Below, one piece after another: positions 1 to 8,922 of a DNA stretch of 54,375 bases (positions are counted from its first letter, which is position 1; each line of letters opens with the position of its first letter). The stretch is from assembly GCA_020440835.1 (NCBI GenBank), contig JAGRNI010000035.1, positions 1 to 54,375 of the forward strand, written 5' to 3'. The position numbers and the translations under genes were made by a program. The notes under the pieces are model-generated. The model was not told the DNA's origin, did no database searches, and saw only the letters and a list, made by a program, of their open reading frames with translations. This DNA is from Leptospiraceae bacterium. GTDB taxonomy: Bacteria > Spirochaetota > Leptospiria > Leptospirales > Leptospiraceae.

Positions 1-1
1 T

Positions 2-706
2 GAGGCAAGTAAGAGTGAATTATTAAAATTTTTCTTATTTCTTATAAAAGAAAAAAATGCTTCCTATTCTTCAATTCGCATTTATCGTTTTTCTATAGAA
101 TGTTATTTTAGGAATATATTGTGCAGGAACTTCAATCTTTATGAATTGGAAAAAATAAAAAAGGATAATCATATTCCAACGGTTTTGACACACAGAGAAA
201 TTCAAAAAATTTTAAAAAGTATAGAAAATTTGAAACATAGGTTAATCCTTTCTCTTATGTATTCTTCAGGGCTCCGAGTTTCTGAAGTAGTAAAACTCAA
301 AGTTAGAGATGTTGATTTGGAAAATTTAACTTTAACTATACGAGAAGGAAAAGGCAAAAAAGATAGGCTAACCGTCTTTTCAGAAAGTTTAAAAGATCAT
401 TTGCAAGATTTAATGGAAGATAAAACACCAGAAACTTTTTTGTTTATTTCCAACCAGGGTGTTGGAAAATATCCGGTTCATACTAGAACGGTTCAGAAAG
501 TATTCCAAAATGCTATAAAAAAAGCTAAAATTCAGAAAAAAGCAACTCCTCACGATTTAAGGCATAGTTTTGCGACTCACCTCTTAGAAAATGGGATTGA
601 TATACGTTACATTCAGACTTTATTGGGTCATAAAAACATTTCCACAACGACAATATACACAAGAGTAGCGAACCCTGCAATCAAAGGAATTAAGAGCCCG
701 CTGTAG
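2..706 (+). CDS. Tyrosine site-specific recombinase, XerC/XerD family (5' end lies outside the window)
   Basis: The frame is open from position 2 to the window edge. The upstream part (..LIKEKNASYSSIRIYRFSIECY..) resembles the XerD N-terminal region. The catalytic boxes are present (GLRVSEVV; HDLRHSFATHLL...GHKNISTTTIYT, with the R-H-R-Y pattern). The ORF track start at 119 is only the first in-frame TTG. Confidence 0.8.
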   Translation, partial: EASKSELLKFFLFLIKEKNASYSSIRIYRFSIECYFRNILCRNFNLYELEKIKKDNHIPTVLTHREIQKILKSIENLKHRLILSLMYSSGLRVSEVVKLKVRDVDLENLTLTIREGKGKKDRLTVFSESLKDHLQDLMEDKTPETFLFISNQGVGKYPVHTRTVQKVFQNAIKKAKIQKKATPHDLRHSFATHLLENGIDIRYIQTLLGHKNISTTTIYTRVANPAIKGIKSPL

Positions 707-824
707 TCTAATATGCCTAGTGTATTTATAACAAAATATTCGTATTCCGGTTTAAATTACTTTAATTTTATTACCATGCATAAAACCATGCTTATAGTAT
801 ATATTATAATATAGGGAGAATGAT

Positions 825-1343
825 ATGATTCAAAAAATACTTAGCTTGGTTATGATTGCCTTGCTTTTGTGTTTTGTAGCTTGCAAAAAAAAAGATAAAG
901 AGCAGACAGAACTTGATACAGACAGTAGTCAAAGTGAAAAACATCACGACCATGGGATGGAAGCACCTCCGGAAAATTCCACTCAAATGAAAGTTGTAAA
1001 TGGAATCAAGGTAGTATTTGACCTAATGGATAAAGAAAATCACAAAAAAATGGTAGAAATCATGGGAGTTGACTTAAAAGAAGACAGCAAAGATGACCAT
1101 TATGCCCTACTCACTTTGCTAAATGATTCAGATAGCTCGTATATAAAAAATGCGGAAGTTGACATAGTTATAAATTATCCGGATGGAAAGAAAGAGTCCA
1201 AAAAAGCAACTATTTTGGATGGTGCCAATATGTACCATTACCAAATCGGCTTTCAAGAATCGGGCAAAGGGATTTATAAAATCCAAACAAAAATTAAAAC
1301 AACTGACAAAGAACTCAATTCTGAATCAGAGTTTAAATTGTAG
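825..1343 (+). CDS. Lipoprotein with His-rich segment (signal peptide plus lipobox FVAC)
   Basis: N-terminal hydrophobic signal followed by Cys (LLLCFVAC). EKHHDHGME patch. Good RBS AGGGAGA at 815-821. Confidence 0.6.
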   Translation: MIQKILSLVMIALLLCFVACKKKDKEQTELDTDSSQSEKHHDHGMEAPPENSTQMKVVNGIKVVFDLMDKENHKKMVEIMGVDLKEDSKDDHYALLTLLNDSDSSYIKNAEVDIVINYPDGKKESKKATILDGANMYHYQIGFQESGKGIYKIQTKIKTTDKELNSESEFKL

Positions 1344-1376
1344 TTCTCATATAAGGGGTAGAATGGTAAGTTCATC

Positions 1377-3605
1377 ATGGAATGGAATCTTGCTTCAATG
1401 GAACGATTGGGAATCATTTCTACTCCAATCAAAGAAGAAAAGGAGCACATTAAAAAGCTTTGTGAATCTTCTTTAGAAAATAATTTACTACGTTATGAAG
1501 ATTATTTAATCATTCGTGATTTAACTCACGTATCCCAAAATGTTTTTCCTATATACCCTCTTTTTGCAATTTTAATTGCTTTACTGGAAGAAATGAATAA
1601 CGGAGGTTTGTGTATTTCTCTTAAAAAAAGCAACCTTCAAAAAAGGCTAAGTAAGTTATTTGAAAATATCGTAAACACAGAAAATGTCGCAAGTGATTTT
1701 TTTAACTCATTAAATGAAAACAAACTTTCCGATTTTATTACCGAAATACAAGAACCTTATTTGGAAAAATATTCCGAATTGGGTCTAACAGATTCTTATA
1801 AGAATTTCGTTTTAGAAAATAATCGACAAAGTGGTAATTCTTACTTTGTAACAATAAAACCTCTGGTTCATTATGTAAAAAATGAGGAATCTTACCTCTT
1901 TTTGCAAAAATATTTTCTATACAGCATTCGATTAAAAGATACCATCCGTCAAAAATTAGAATTTAGGGAAAGAGTTCCAAGCACTACGGACATGAAAAAC
2001 TCTTTTGTCAAAGCAAAATTCGAAAGCAGAATACCGGAAATAGGGATTCCATTTGAACCCGGTTTGGAACAAAAATTACCGTTAGCTCTCTTTCGGCTAA
2101 CACGATTTTTAATTATTTCCGGAGGTCCTGGAACAGGGAAAACAACCTTAGTGAAAAGGATTTTGTATAGAATTCTGGAAGAAAATCCATCGCTTTTGGA
2201 GACTGACCTACTACTCACTGCCCCTACGGGAAAAGCAACTCAAAGACTAACCGAATCCATACAGGATGGAATACCGGATACGACAAACGAGTCAGCGAAA
2301 AAACTAAAAACCATAGAAGCGAAAACAATACATCGTGTTTTGGGTTATAGTCCGCATTACAATCATTTTATCTATCACAAAGACAATAAACTCCCTGTTA
2401 AAGTCGTTGTTGTTGACGAAGTTTCCATGATTGACATCATTCTTATGACAAATCTCTTAGAAGCAATTCCAGAAGATGCTACCGTTATTTTACTAGGGGA
2501 TAAAAATCAATTACCTTCCGTTGATTCAGGTGCTGTTTTATCTGACTTAGTTCCATCTGAAGATTCTTTAGCAACCTACTCCGAAGTCATTCAAAAATTA
2601 GCAAAAACAAATCTCAAATTAAACATCTCCCAAACAAACAAAGAGACAACTGACTTCTGTGATAAGATAGTTATTTTAAAAGAAAACCACAGGGAAAAAG
2701 TTGATAACAAATCTCTAAAAAATAGTATTTTTAAAATAGCGGAGCAAATCAATACAATAGGAAATGATAAAGATAAAGTTCAAAAATTTACATCCGAAGT
2801 AACTACCGTATATGATTTAATAGGATATCAAGATTTCTTTGATAGTTTGTTTGCAGAAACTTTATGGAATAAAAACGGAGTTTACTTTATAGACTCCAGT
2901 GTTTATGATAAAGAAAATTCCGGAAAGTTCTTTTATCGGTTGTGCGAAACCTTTTGGGACCATAGCCTCCTTAAAACAAATTATTTGGAACATCTTAATT
3001 ATTTTTCTAAAGAAAGCCTTGACAATGAAACACTAAACAATACAGAAAATGCGTTAAAACTAGACAGAATATTCCAAGTCATCCATAAAAATAAAATACT
3101 ACCGGTTGTGCGAAATGGAAAGTATGGAGTATATGGAATCAATTCCCATTTACGAGAGTACTGGAGAGGAAAGTTAAGAGAAAGAACCAATCTAAATTTT
3201 ATGAATGAAGAGCTACTATCCGGTCTTCCTGTTATTATTACCCAAAATGATTATAACAAAAAGCTATTTAATGGAGATATGGGTGTAATATTGGATGGAC
3301 AAAACGGGTTAATTGCAGTTTTTAAAAAGAATGAAAGATATATAAGCTTTTCTATTGACTTTTTATCCAGTTATGAATTGGCTTTTGCCATTACGGTTCA
3401 TAAGTCACAAGGCTCCGAATACGATAGCATTATCATCGCTTTACCCTCCGGGCAAAAAAACAAAATTTTAACAAAGGAAATACTTTACACAGGCATCACG
3501 AGGGCAAAAAGGTTTGCACTCGTTTATTCTGACAAACAAACACTTGAGACAACGATCTCAAAAAGAATAACAAGAGAGACAGGTCCATTCGTACCTGACA
3601 GATAA
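1377..3605 (+). CDS. recD: RecD-type helicase (exodeoxyribonuclease V alpha subunit-like)
   Basis: Walker A ISGGPGTGKTT, LTAPTGKATQRLTES, Walker B VVVDEVSMID, LGDKNQLPSVDSGAV, FNGDMGVILD, TVHKSQGSEYD and YTGITRAK all match E. coli RecD motifs in order. The N-terminal domain is RecD-like. There is a large insertion between the helicase lobes. Confidence 0.8.
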   Translation: MEWNLASMERLGIISTPIKEEKEHIKKLCESSLENNLLRYEDYLIIRDLTHVSQNVFPIYPLFAILIALLEEMNNGGLCISLKKSNLQKRLSKLFENIVNTENVASDFFNSLNENKLSDFITEIQEPYLEKYSELGLTDSYKNFVLENNRQSGNSYFVTIKPLVHYVKNEESYLFLQKYFLYSIRLKDTIRQKLEFRERVPSTTDMKNSFVKAKFESRIPEIGIPFEPGLEQKLPLALFRLTRFLIISGGPGTGKTTLVKRILYRILEENPSLLETDLLLTAPTGKATQRLTESIQDGIPDTTNESAKKLKTIEAKTIHRVLGYSPHYNHFIYHKDNKLPVKVVVVDEVSMIDIILMTNLLEAIPEDATVILLGDKNQLPSVDSGAVLSDLVPSEDSLATYSEVIQKLAKTNLKLNISQTNKETTDFCDKIVILKENHREKVDNKSLKNSIFKIAEQINTIGNDKDKVQKFTSEVTTVYDLIGYQDFFDSLFAETLWNKNGVYFIDSSVYDKENSGKFFYRLCETFWDHSLLKTNYLEHLNYFSKESLDNETLNNTENALKLDRIFQVIHKNKILPVVRNGKYGVYGINSHLREYWRGKLRERTNLNFMNEELLSGLPVIITQNDYNKKLFNGDMGVILDGQNGLIAVFKKNERYISFSIDFLSSYELAFAITVHKSQGSEYDSIIIALPSGQKNKILTKEILYTGITRAKRFALVYSDKQTLETTISKRITRETGPFVPDR

Positions 3606-3700
3606 AAGAATACCATAGGCTTTGTAGGGGCATCCCTCTGTGGTTGCCCTTTAAATGAAACCAAAATGTTATATCGAAATTATATTAAAAGGAAACAATT

Positions 3701-4858
3701 ATGAATTATTTTTTAAAGGAATCCGAATTATCCATACAAAAACTGTTTCGGGATTATGTGAACAAAAGAATCATACCCAGCAGATTTGAACTCGATCAAA
3801 AAAACGAGTTCCCCGATAAACATTTTGAAGAAATGGCTGTGTTAGATTTTTTCCGCGTTATGGTACCGGAAGAATACGGTGGTTTTGGAGACAACATCAT
3901 GCAACTAACCATTGCAATTGAAGAATTGTCGAGAGGAGATGGTGGGATTGGTGTTTCATTTGCAGTTGATTCGATTGCCACAAAGGCTCTAATTCTGTTT
4001 GGCAGCAAGCAACAAAAAACGAAATATTTACCTTCTATTGCAGATGGAAAAATTCTCACCGGTTTTGCCTTAACCGAACCCAACGCAGGGTCTGATGCTG
4101 GATCAATCAAAACAAGAGCCGTTCCAAAGAATGGTAGCTATGTAATAAACGGAGTCAAACAATTTATTACAAATGGCGAAGTAGCCTCTCTTTATGTTGT
4201 TTTGGCAGTTACCGACTCAGAAAAAGGGAAAAAGGGAGGACATACGGCGTTTTTAGTGGAAAAAGGTACGCCAGGTATTAGCTTTGGAAAAAAAGAAGAC
4301 AAAATGGGAATACGGTCTTCCGTCACTAGAGAGGTAATATTTGAGGATTGCGTAGTCCCGGAAGAAAATATATTGGGAAATCTTGGTCAAGGGTTTTATA
4401 TAGCTATGAATCTTTTGGACAAAAGTAGAATAGGAATTGGTGCCCAGGCAATTGGAATCGCGGAAGCAGCTTTAGAAGAAGCTTGCAAATATGCAAAACA
4501 AAGAAAGCAATTTGGTCAATCTATTCATTCGTTTCAGGGAATTCAATTTATTTTGGCTGATATGGCTACTGCTATAGAAGCGGCAAGATTATTGGTATAC
4601 CAAGCAGCAAAATTGGCTGATAGTGGCAGTGACGTTCCTTTAACAAAAATTGCTTCTATGTCCAAGCTGTTTGCTTCCGATACTGCTGTCAAAGTGACAA
4701 ATGATGCTTTGCAAGTATTCGGAGGTTATGGATACATGAAAGAATACCCAATGGAAAAATTTGTAAGAGATGCCAGAGTAACACAAATTTACGAAGGGAC
4801 AAATCAAATCCAAAGGCTTGCCATTGCAAATTCTTTGATCAAAGAACCTTTCTTTTGA
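3701..4858 (+). CDS. Acyl-CoA dehydrogenase
   Basis: Length and motifs of the ACAD family (..LTEPNAGSDAGS.., C-terminal ..YEGTNQIQRL..). SD AAGGAA upstream. Confidence 0.85.
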   Translation: MNYFLKESELSIQKLFRDYVNKRIIPSRFELDQKNEFPDKHFEEMAVLDFFRVMVPEEYGGFGDNIMQLTIAIEELSRGDGGIGVSFAVDSIATKALILFGSKQQKTKYLPSIADGKILTGFALTEPNAGSDAGSIKTRAVPKNGSYVINGVKQFITNGEVASLYVVLAVTDSEKGKKGGHTAFLVEKGTPGISFGKKEDKMGIRSSVTREVIFEDCVVPEENILGNLGQGFYIAMNLLDKSRIGIGAQAIGIAEAALEEACKYAKQRKQFGQSIHSFQGIQFILADMATAIEAARLLVYQAAKLADSGSDVPLTKIASMSKLFASDTAVKVTNDALQVFGGYGYMKEYPMEKFVRDARVTQIYEGTNQIQRLAIANSLIKEPFF

Positions 4859-4956
4859 AAATACGCTATAGGACAATATACACGAATTAGATTGGCTTTT
4901 GGAAAAGTATTTCAGGCTTCCAGTCTGAAAATAACTAGCAAGATGCTTGTTATACC

Positions 4957-6654
4957 TTATGAAAAGTTAGTTTTTTTGTATTCGATAGGTGTTATTCCCG
5001 TATATTTTCGAAATGCCCTGTAAAATGCGCTTTTACTCTCAAAACCAACTTCATAAGCAACCCTTAAAATAGGATAATCCGGTTTTTCTTCCATCATAGA
5101 AATAGCACCTTTGATTCTATAGTCTGTAAGCAACTCCCAAAAGGATTTTCTTAAGTGGGTATTTAATAAATAACTAAGTTTGTGAAGTTTTGTGTCTAGT
5201 ATTCGTGCCAAAATAGGTAGGCTGAGATTTTCGTTTTTATAAATCTTCTCTTTCTCAAATAAGTATTCTATTTTTTCTTTTAGCAGTAAAACTTCGGTTG
5301 AATCTAATTCAAAAACAGATGAGCTATCTACTTTGGATTTTACGTCCTTCTTCTCATCCCACCTATTCATTTTGGTTTTAAGTTCTTCTATTTTTAGTTT
5401 TAAAAAATCATTCCTTTCTTGGTGTTTTTGAAATTCGATAGATAAAATCTGATAACGGTGCGCAAAAGATACTAGAAAGAAAAAAGCAAAAAAGAACAAG
5501 TCTATTAGATGGCTTTGTGCAGTAATTAGCATTTTTAAGACATGATTGTCTAAGGAAAGAAAGTCTAATTTTATAAAATTTCCGATAACTAAAAAGTGGT
5601 ACACCAAAGATATTTCTGCAAGAATAAATAGGGGAATGATTAGCCTTGTTACCCTCCCACCCTTAAAAAAACTAACACAACTAATAAATATTAAAAAGCT
5701 CGCATGGCTTATAATTACGATAAAAAATAAGTGCAATCCAAGTCGAATAAAAAGAAACGAAAATACCCCTAAAGCAAAATAAAAATAGTTGGAAAAAATG
5801 AGATAGAAGTAAACGGACTTTATTCTGCTTTTTAGATCAAACAGCCTAGCCACAATTAAATTGAGGGCTATCCCCCCAAGAGAAATTACACAAAACATCA
5901 AAAAAACAATTCGATTGGGTGAATTGGTTTGGATTAAAAAATTAAAGCTTCCGCTTGGAATTAAAAATAATAAACAGTGCATAGTTAAAAATAGCAATAG
6001 ATAAGCATACAAACGATCTTTTAAAATATAGAGTAGATTTAAAAAATAGATAAAAACAAATCCAAACATTCCTAAATAAATTATTTTAGTAGTTTGTTCA
6101 ACAACATTCATCTCAGAAAATGTTGCTTCTGTTAAAACAGATATTGGCAAATTAAAAGGAGTTGTGCTTCTTATTTTTAAGTAAATGGAAACGGTTTCTT
6201 TTTTGTTCACTTGAAATGGAAATACCGGTCTTGTATAAGAAACAGGCCAATCAATGGAAGATATGTGGAGACCACCCTTTCCTCTTTTTATAACTAGGTT
6301 GTTTTTGGGGTTTACCAAATAAAATTCTATTAAATCTATCATCAATTCACCGGGATCAAACAATAAAGTTACGGAATTATTCGGATTGAATACCGTTATT
6401 TTTAGCCAAACTTGTCCATTTACGAAGCCTAGGTTAATTATATTTTTTCCTTTGTTACTCCACTCTGGATGGTTTGGGGAAAGAATGTCTTCAAGTGATA
6501 GTTTATTTTCGGAATCCAGGATATACCAGGTATTCCACTGTATTGGTTTTTGATTCGTAAAAATTGATTGACTTTCACTTTTGCACAAAAATGAGAAAAA
6601 TGTGAGGATCAATATAAACAGTAATTGCCACAGCCCAAAAGTATTTTTTTTCAT
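4957..6654 (-). CDS. One-component membrane regulator: 7TMR-DISM extracellular domain plus 7 TM helices plus AraC-type HTH
   Basis: Signal peptide, periplasmic beta-rich domain and a block of about 7 hydrophobic helices. C-terminal AraC HTH (..RVAYEVGFESKSAFYRAFRKYTGITPIEYKK). Confidence 0.75.
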   Translation of the reverse strand: MKKNTFGLWQLLFILILTFFSFLCKSESQSIFTNQKPIQWNTWYILDSENKLSLEDILSPNHPEWSNKGKNIINLGFVNGQVWLKITVFNPNNSVTLLFDPGELMIDLIEFYLVNPKNNLVIKRGKGGLHISSIDWPVSYTRPVFPFQVNKKETVSIYLKIRSTTPFNLPISVLTEATFSEMNVVEQTTKIIYLGMFGFVFIYFLNLLYILKDRLYAYLLLFLTMHCLLFLIPSGSFNFLIQTNSPNRIVFLMFCVISLGGIALNLIVARLFDLKSRIKSVYFYLIFSNYFYFALGVFSFLFIRLGLHLFFIVIISHASFLIFISCVSFFKGGRVTRLIIPLFILAEISLVYHFLVIGNFIKLDFLSLDNHVLKMLITAQSHLIDLFFFAFFFLVSFAHRYQILSIEFQKHQERNDFLKLKIEELKTKMNRWDEKKDVKSKVDSSSVFELDSTEVLLLKEKIEYLFEKEKIYKNENLSLPILARILDTKLHKLSYLLNTHLRKSFWELLTDYRIKGAISMMEEKPDYPILRVAYEVGFESKSAFYRAFRKYTGITPIEYKKTNFS

Positions 6655-6716
6655 TTTTTTAATAAATTATATTTGGAACTTCATCAAATATATTTTATCT
6701 TTTAGTACGAATTAGA

Positions 6717-6734
6717 AAAAGTCAAATGACTTTT
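6717..6734. promoter_or_regulatory. Perfect 7-bp inverted repeat AAAAGTC-N4-GACTTTT in the divergent promoter region. A TTGACA(6789)-N15-TATATC(6810) sigma70-like promoter for the kinase operon lies nearby.
   Basis: Read directly in the 200-bp AT-rich intergenic region between the divergently transcribed 7TMR-DISM/AraC gene and the HK-RR-HK operon. Confidence 0.3.
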
Positions 6735-6854
6735 ATTTGTGATAGTATCATTTTTGTAAGAATTTTTGTAGAGTAAGTAAACATTAAATTGACATTTGGT
6801 TATATAAATTATATCAATCAAATATGTTAAGATCCAATTTTTTAGGATTTAGAA

Positions 6855-8558
6855 GTGTTTATCCGATTTTTAGAAAATAGTTATTTTCTAAAATATTTCC
6901 ATAACCTGTCTATCAGAAAAAAAATATTTTTGAATGGCTTTCTCGCCATACTTTTATTTTCGTTTGTAATATTCATAAAAATCATTCCGCTATTGGAAAG
7001 AGAAAAACATGCAGAACGTCAAGGGCGGATAAAAGCAGTTGTAAATTCTGTTGTTTCTCTTATGGATTATTATGAGCATGTCCTTCGACAGAAGGAATGG
7101 AAAACTGATTCTACCTTACCCCAAACAATAGTAGAAGCAAAAAAATTAATGATTAAACAACTACGGCAAATGAGATACGATAAAACGGAATTCTTTTTTG
7201 TACTGGATGGGAATGGAAATGTGGTTTTGCATCCTCTAAAACCGGAATTGGAAGGTAGCAATTTATTAAATATTCAAGATAAAAACGGCGAGTATCCCTT
7301 TAAAAAAATAGTTATGCAATCCCAAAGAGACTTCGAAACTACCGTGAGTTACGTATGGGAATCAAAATACAATTCAGTTATTTTTGAACCCCAGATTGTT
7401 TATGCAAAGTACTTTTGGTCTTGGGATTGGATTGTTTGTTCGGGAGTGTTTACGCAAGATATAGAAGATTCGGTAAAAAACGTTATATATTTTGCAAGTT
7501 TTTATGTACTACTTACTTCCGTAACCGTGTCCATTATGCTACTATTATTTGTCTATTTGTATTTTAAAATTCCGTTTATCAAACTTTTGCAAGGAATGAA
7601 AGAAGTCAAGAAGGGAAACCTGGATCACAAAGTGATTTTACCTTTTGAAGACGAACTGGGATATTTTGCAAACCAATTCAATATAATGGTAGAATATCGC
7701 AAGGAGGCAGAACGGAAGATAAATGATTTTAACCTATCCCTTGATAAAAAGGTAAAAGAGAGAACAAGCGAGCTACAAAAATTACTCTCTTATAATGCCA
7801 ATTTGATGAAAGCATTAGAAGTAAAAATGATAGAAACCGAGAGAGATAAAAAGGAAATCGAAAAGTTGGCAGAATCCAGAAAAAAATTATCAATGATTGG
7901 GCAGATGGTAGCTGGGATTGTCCATGATATAAAAAACCCAATAGCTTCCGTAAAAGCTCTCTCTGAAATGGCAAATTCTAGTGAGATAGGTCGGGAAATG
8001 AGGATGGAATATTTGGAATTGATCTTCAGAGAAGCGGAAAGGTTGAATGACATGGCTTATGAAATTCTTGATTTTTCAAAAGGTGAATTGCTTCTTGATC
8101 TTAGTGATGTGAGTTTGAAAGAGTTTATAGATGAAATATTTACATTTTTAAAAATTGACTTTGAACATCTCGGAATTAACCTTTTAATAGATTTACATTT
8201 TGATGGAGTTATTTCGGTTGATTCAAATAGATTACGAAGAGTAATAATCAATCTGGCAAAAAATGCTATGGAAGTCATGAACGATGGAAAAACCGGATAC
8301 TATTTTAAAGTCAATTCTGTTAGGCAAGACAACCAATTCATCCTTTCTTTGGCAGATAATGGACCTGGTATTCCGATTTCACTGGAAGAAAAAATCTTTG
8401 AAGCATTTGCCACAGAAGGTAAAATTTATGGAACAGGACTCGGACTATTTATGAGTAAATGGATCATAGAAGCACATAAAGGTGAATTAAAATACAAAAC
8501 AAAAAAGGGAGAAGGAACGACATTTTCGATATTCCTTCCCTTAAATTCAGGAGAATAA
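6855..8558 (+). CDS. Sensor histidine kinase (Cache-like periplasmic domain, HAMP, HisKA, HATPase_c)
   Basis: Two TM segments flank a periplasmic domain. H-box IVHDIKNPIASV. N/G boxes (NLAKNAMEV; DNGPGIP; GTGLGL). Confidence 0.8.
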   Translation: MFIRFLENSYFLKYFHNLSIRKKIFLNGFLAILLFSFVIFIKIIPLLEREKHAERQGRIKAVVNSVVSLMDYYEHVLRQKEWKTDSTLPQTIVEAKKLMIKQLRQMRYDKTEFFFVLDGNGNVVLHPLKPELEGSNLLNIQDKNGEYPFKKIVMQSQRDFETTVSYVWESKYNSVIFEPQIVYAKYFWSWDWIVCSGVFTQDIEDSVKNVIYFASFYVLLTSVTVSIMLLLFVYLYFKIPFIKLLQGMKEVKKGNLDHKVILPFEDELGYFANQFNIMVEYRKEAERKINDFNLSLDKKVKERTSELQKLLSYNANLMKALEVKMIETERDKKEIEKLAESRKKLSMIGQMVAGIVHDIKNPIASVKALSEMANSSEIGREMRMEYLELIFREAERLNDMAYEILDFSKGELLLDLSDVSLKEFIDEIFTFLKIDFEHLGINLLIDLHFDGVISVDSNRLRRVIINLAKNAMEVMNDGKTGYYFKVNSVRQDNQFILSLADNGPGIPISLEEKIFEAFATEGKIYGTGLGLFMSKWIIEAHKGELKYKTKKGEGTTFSIFLPLNSGE

Positions 8559-8559
8559 A

Positions 8560-8922
8560 ATGAAAAAAATACTTATTGTAGATGATCAAGCCCCAATGGC
8601 AAAAATTTTAGGTGATATTTTAAAAAAAGGAAATTTTGAAATCCATTTTGCTGTCAACGGGCAGCTAGGAATCAATAAAGCCATAGAATTAAAGCCAGAC
8701 CTCATTATGATGGATATAATGATGCCTGTCAAAACGGGTATAGAAGCAATTAAAGAATTGAAAGATATGAGCGAATTTCAAAATACACCTATGTATCTTG
8801 TTTCAGGTAAAGGTGGAACACGTGATGTAAATCTTGTGAAGGAATTGGGAATAAATGGTTTTATCGCCAAACCCTTTACCCCCAGTATTATATTGGAAGA
8901 GATAATTAAGGTTTTGGCATGA
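8560..8922 (+). CDS. Single-domain response regulator (CheY-like receiver)
   Basis: ILIVDDQ ... MMDIMMP (phospho-acceptor Asp) ... K near the C-terminus. 120 aa. 1-nt gap from the upstream kinase. Confidence 0.8.
   Translation: MKKILIVDDQAPMAKILGDILKKGNFEIHFAVNGQLGINKAIELKPDLIMMDIMMPVKTGIEAIKELKDMSEFQNTPMYLVSGKGGTRDVNLVKELGINGFIAKPFTPSIILEEIIKVLA

Noticed and set aside
119-706. Apparent truncated integrase pseudogene starting at 119
   Set aside because: Reading the frame by hand shows it stays open from position 2 to 119 and encodes recognisable XerD-like N-terminal sequence. The gene is simply cut by the window edge.
1183-1476. Assorted 60-140 aa ORFs overlapping long genes on other frames or strands (for example 1183-1476, 1949-2218, 3796-4110, 17352-17732, 27624-28034, 39195-41977 cluster)
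   Set aside because: Each is fully embedded in a longer, motif-supported CDS and has low-complexity composition. Treated as spurious.
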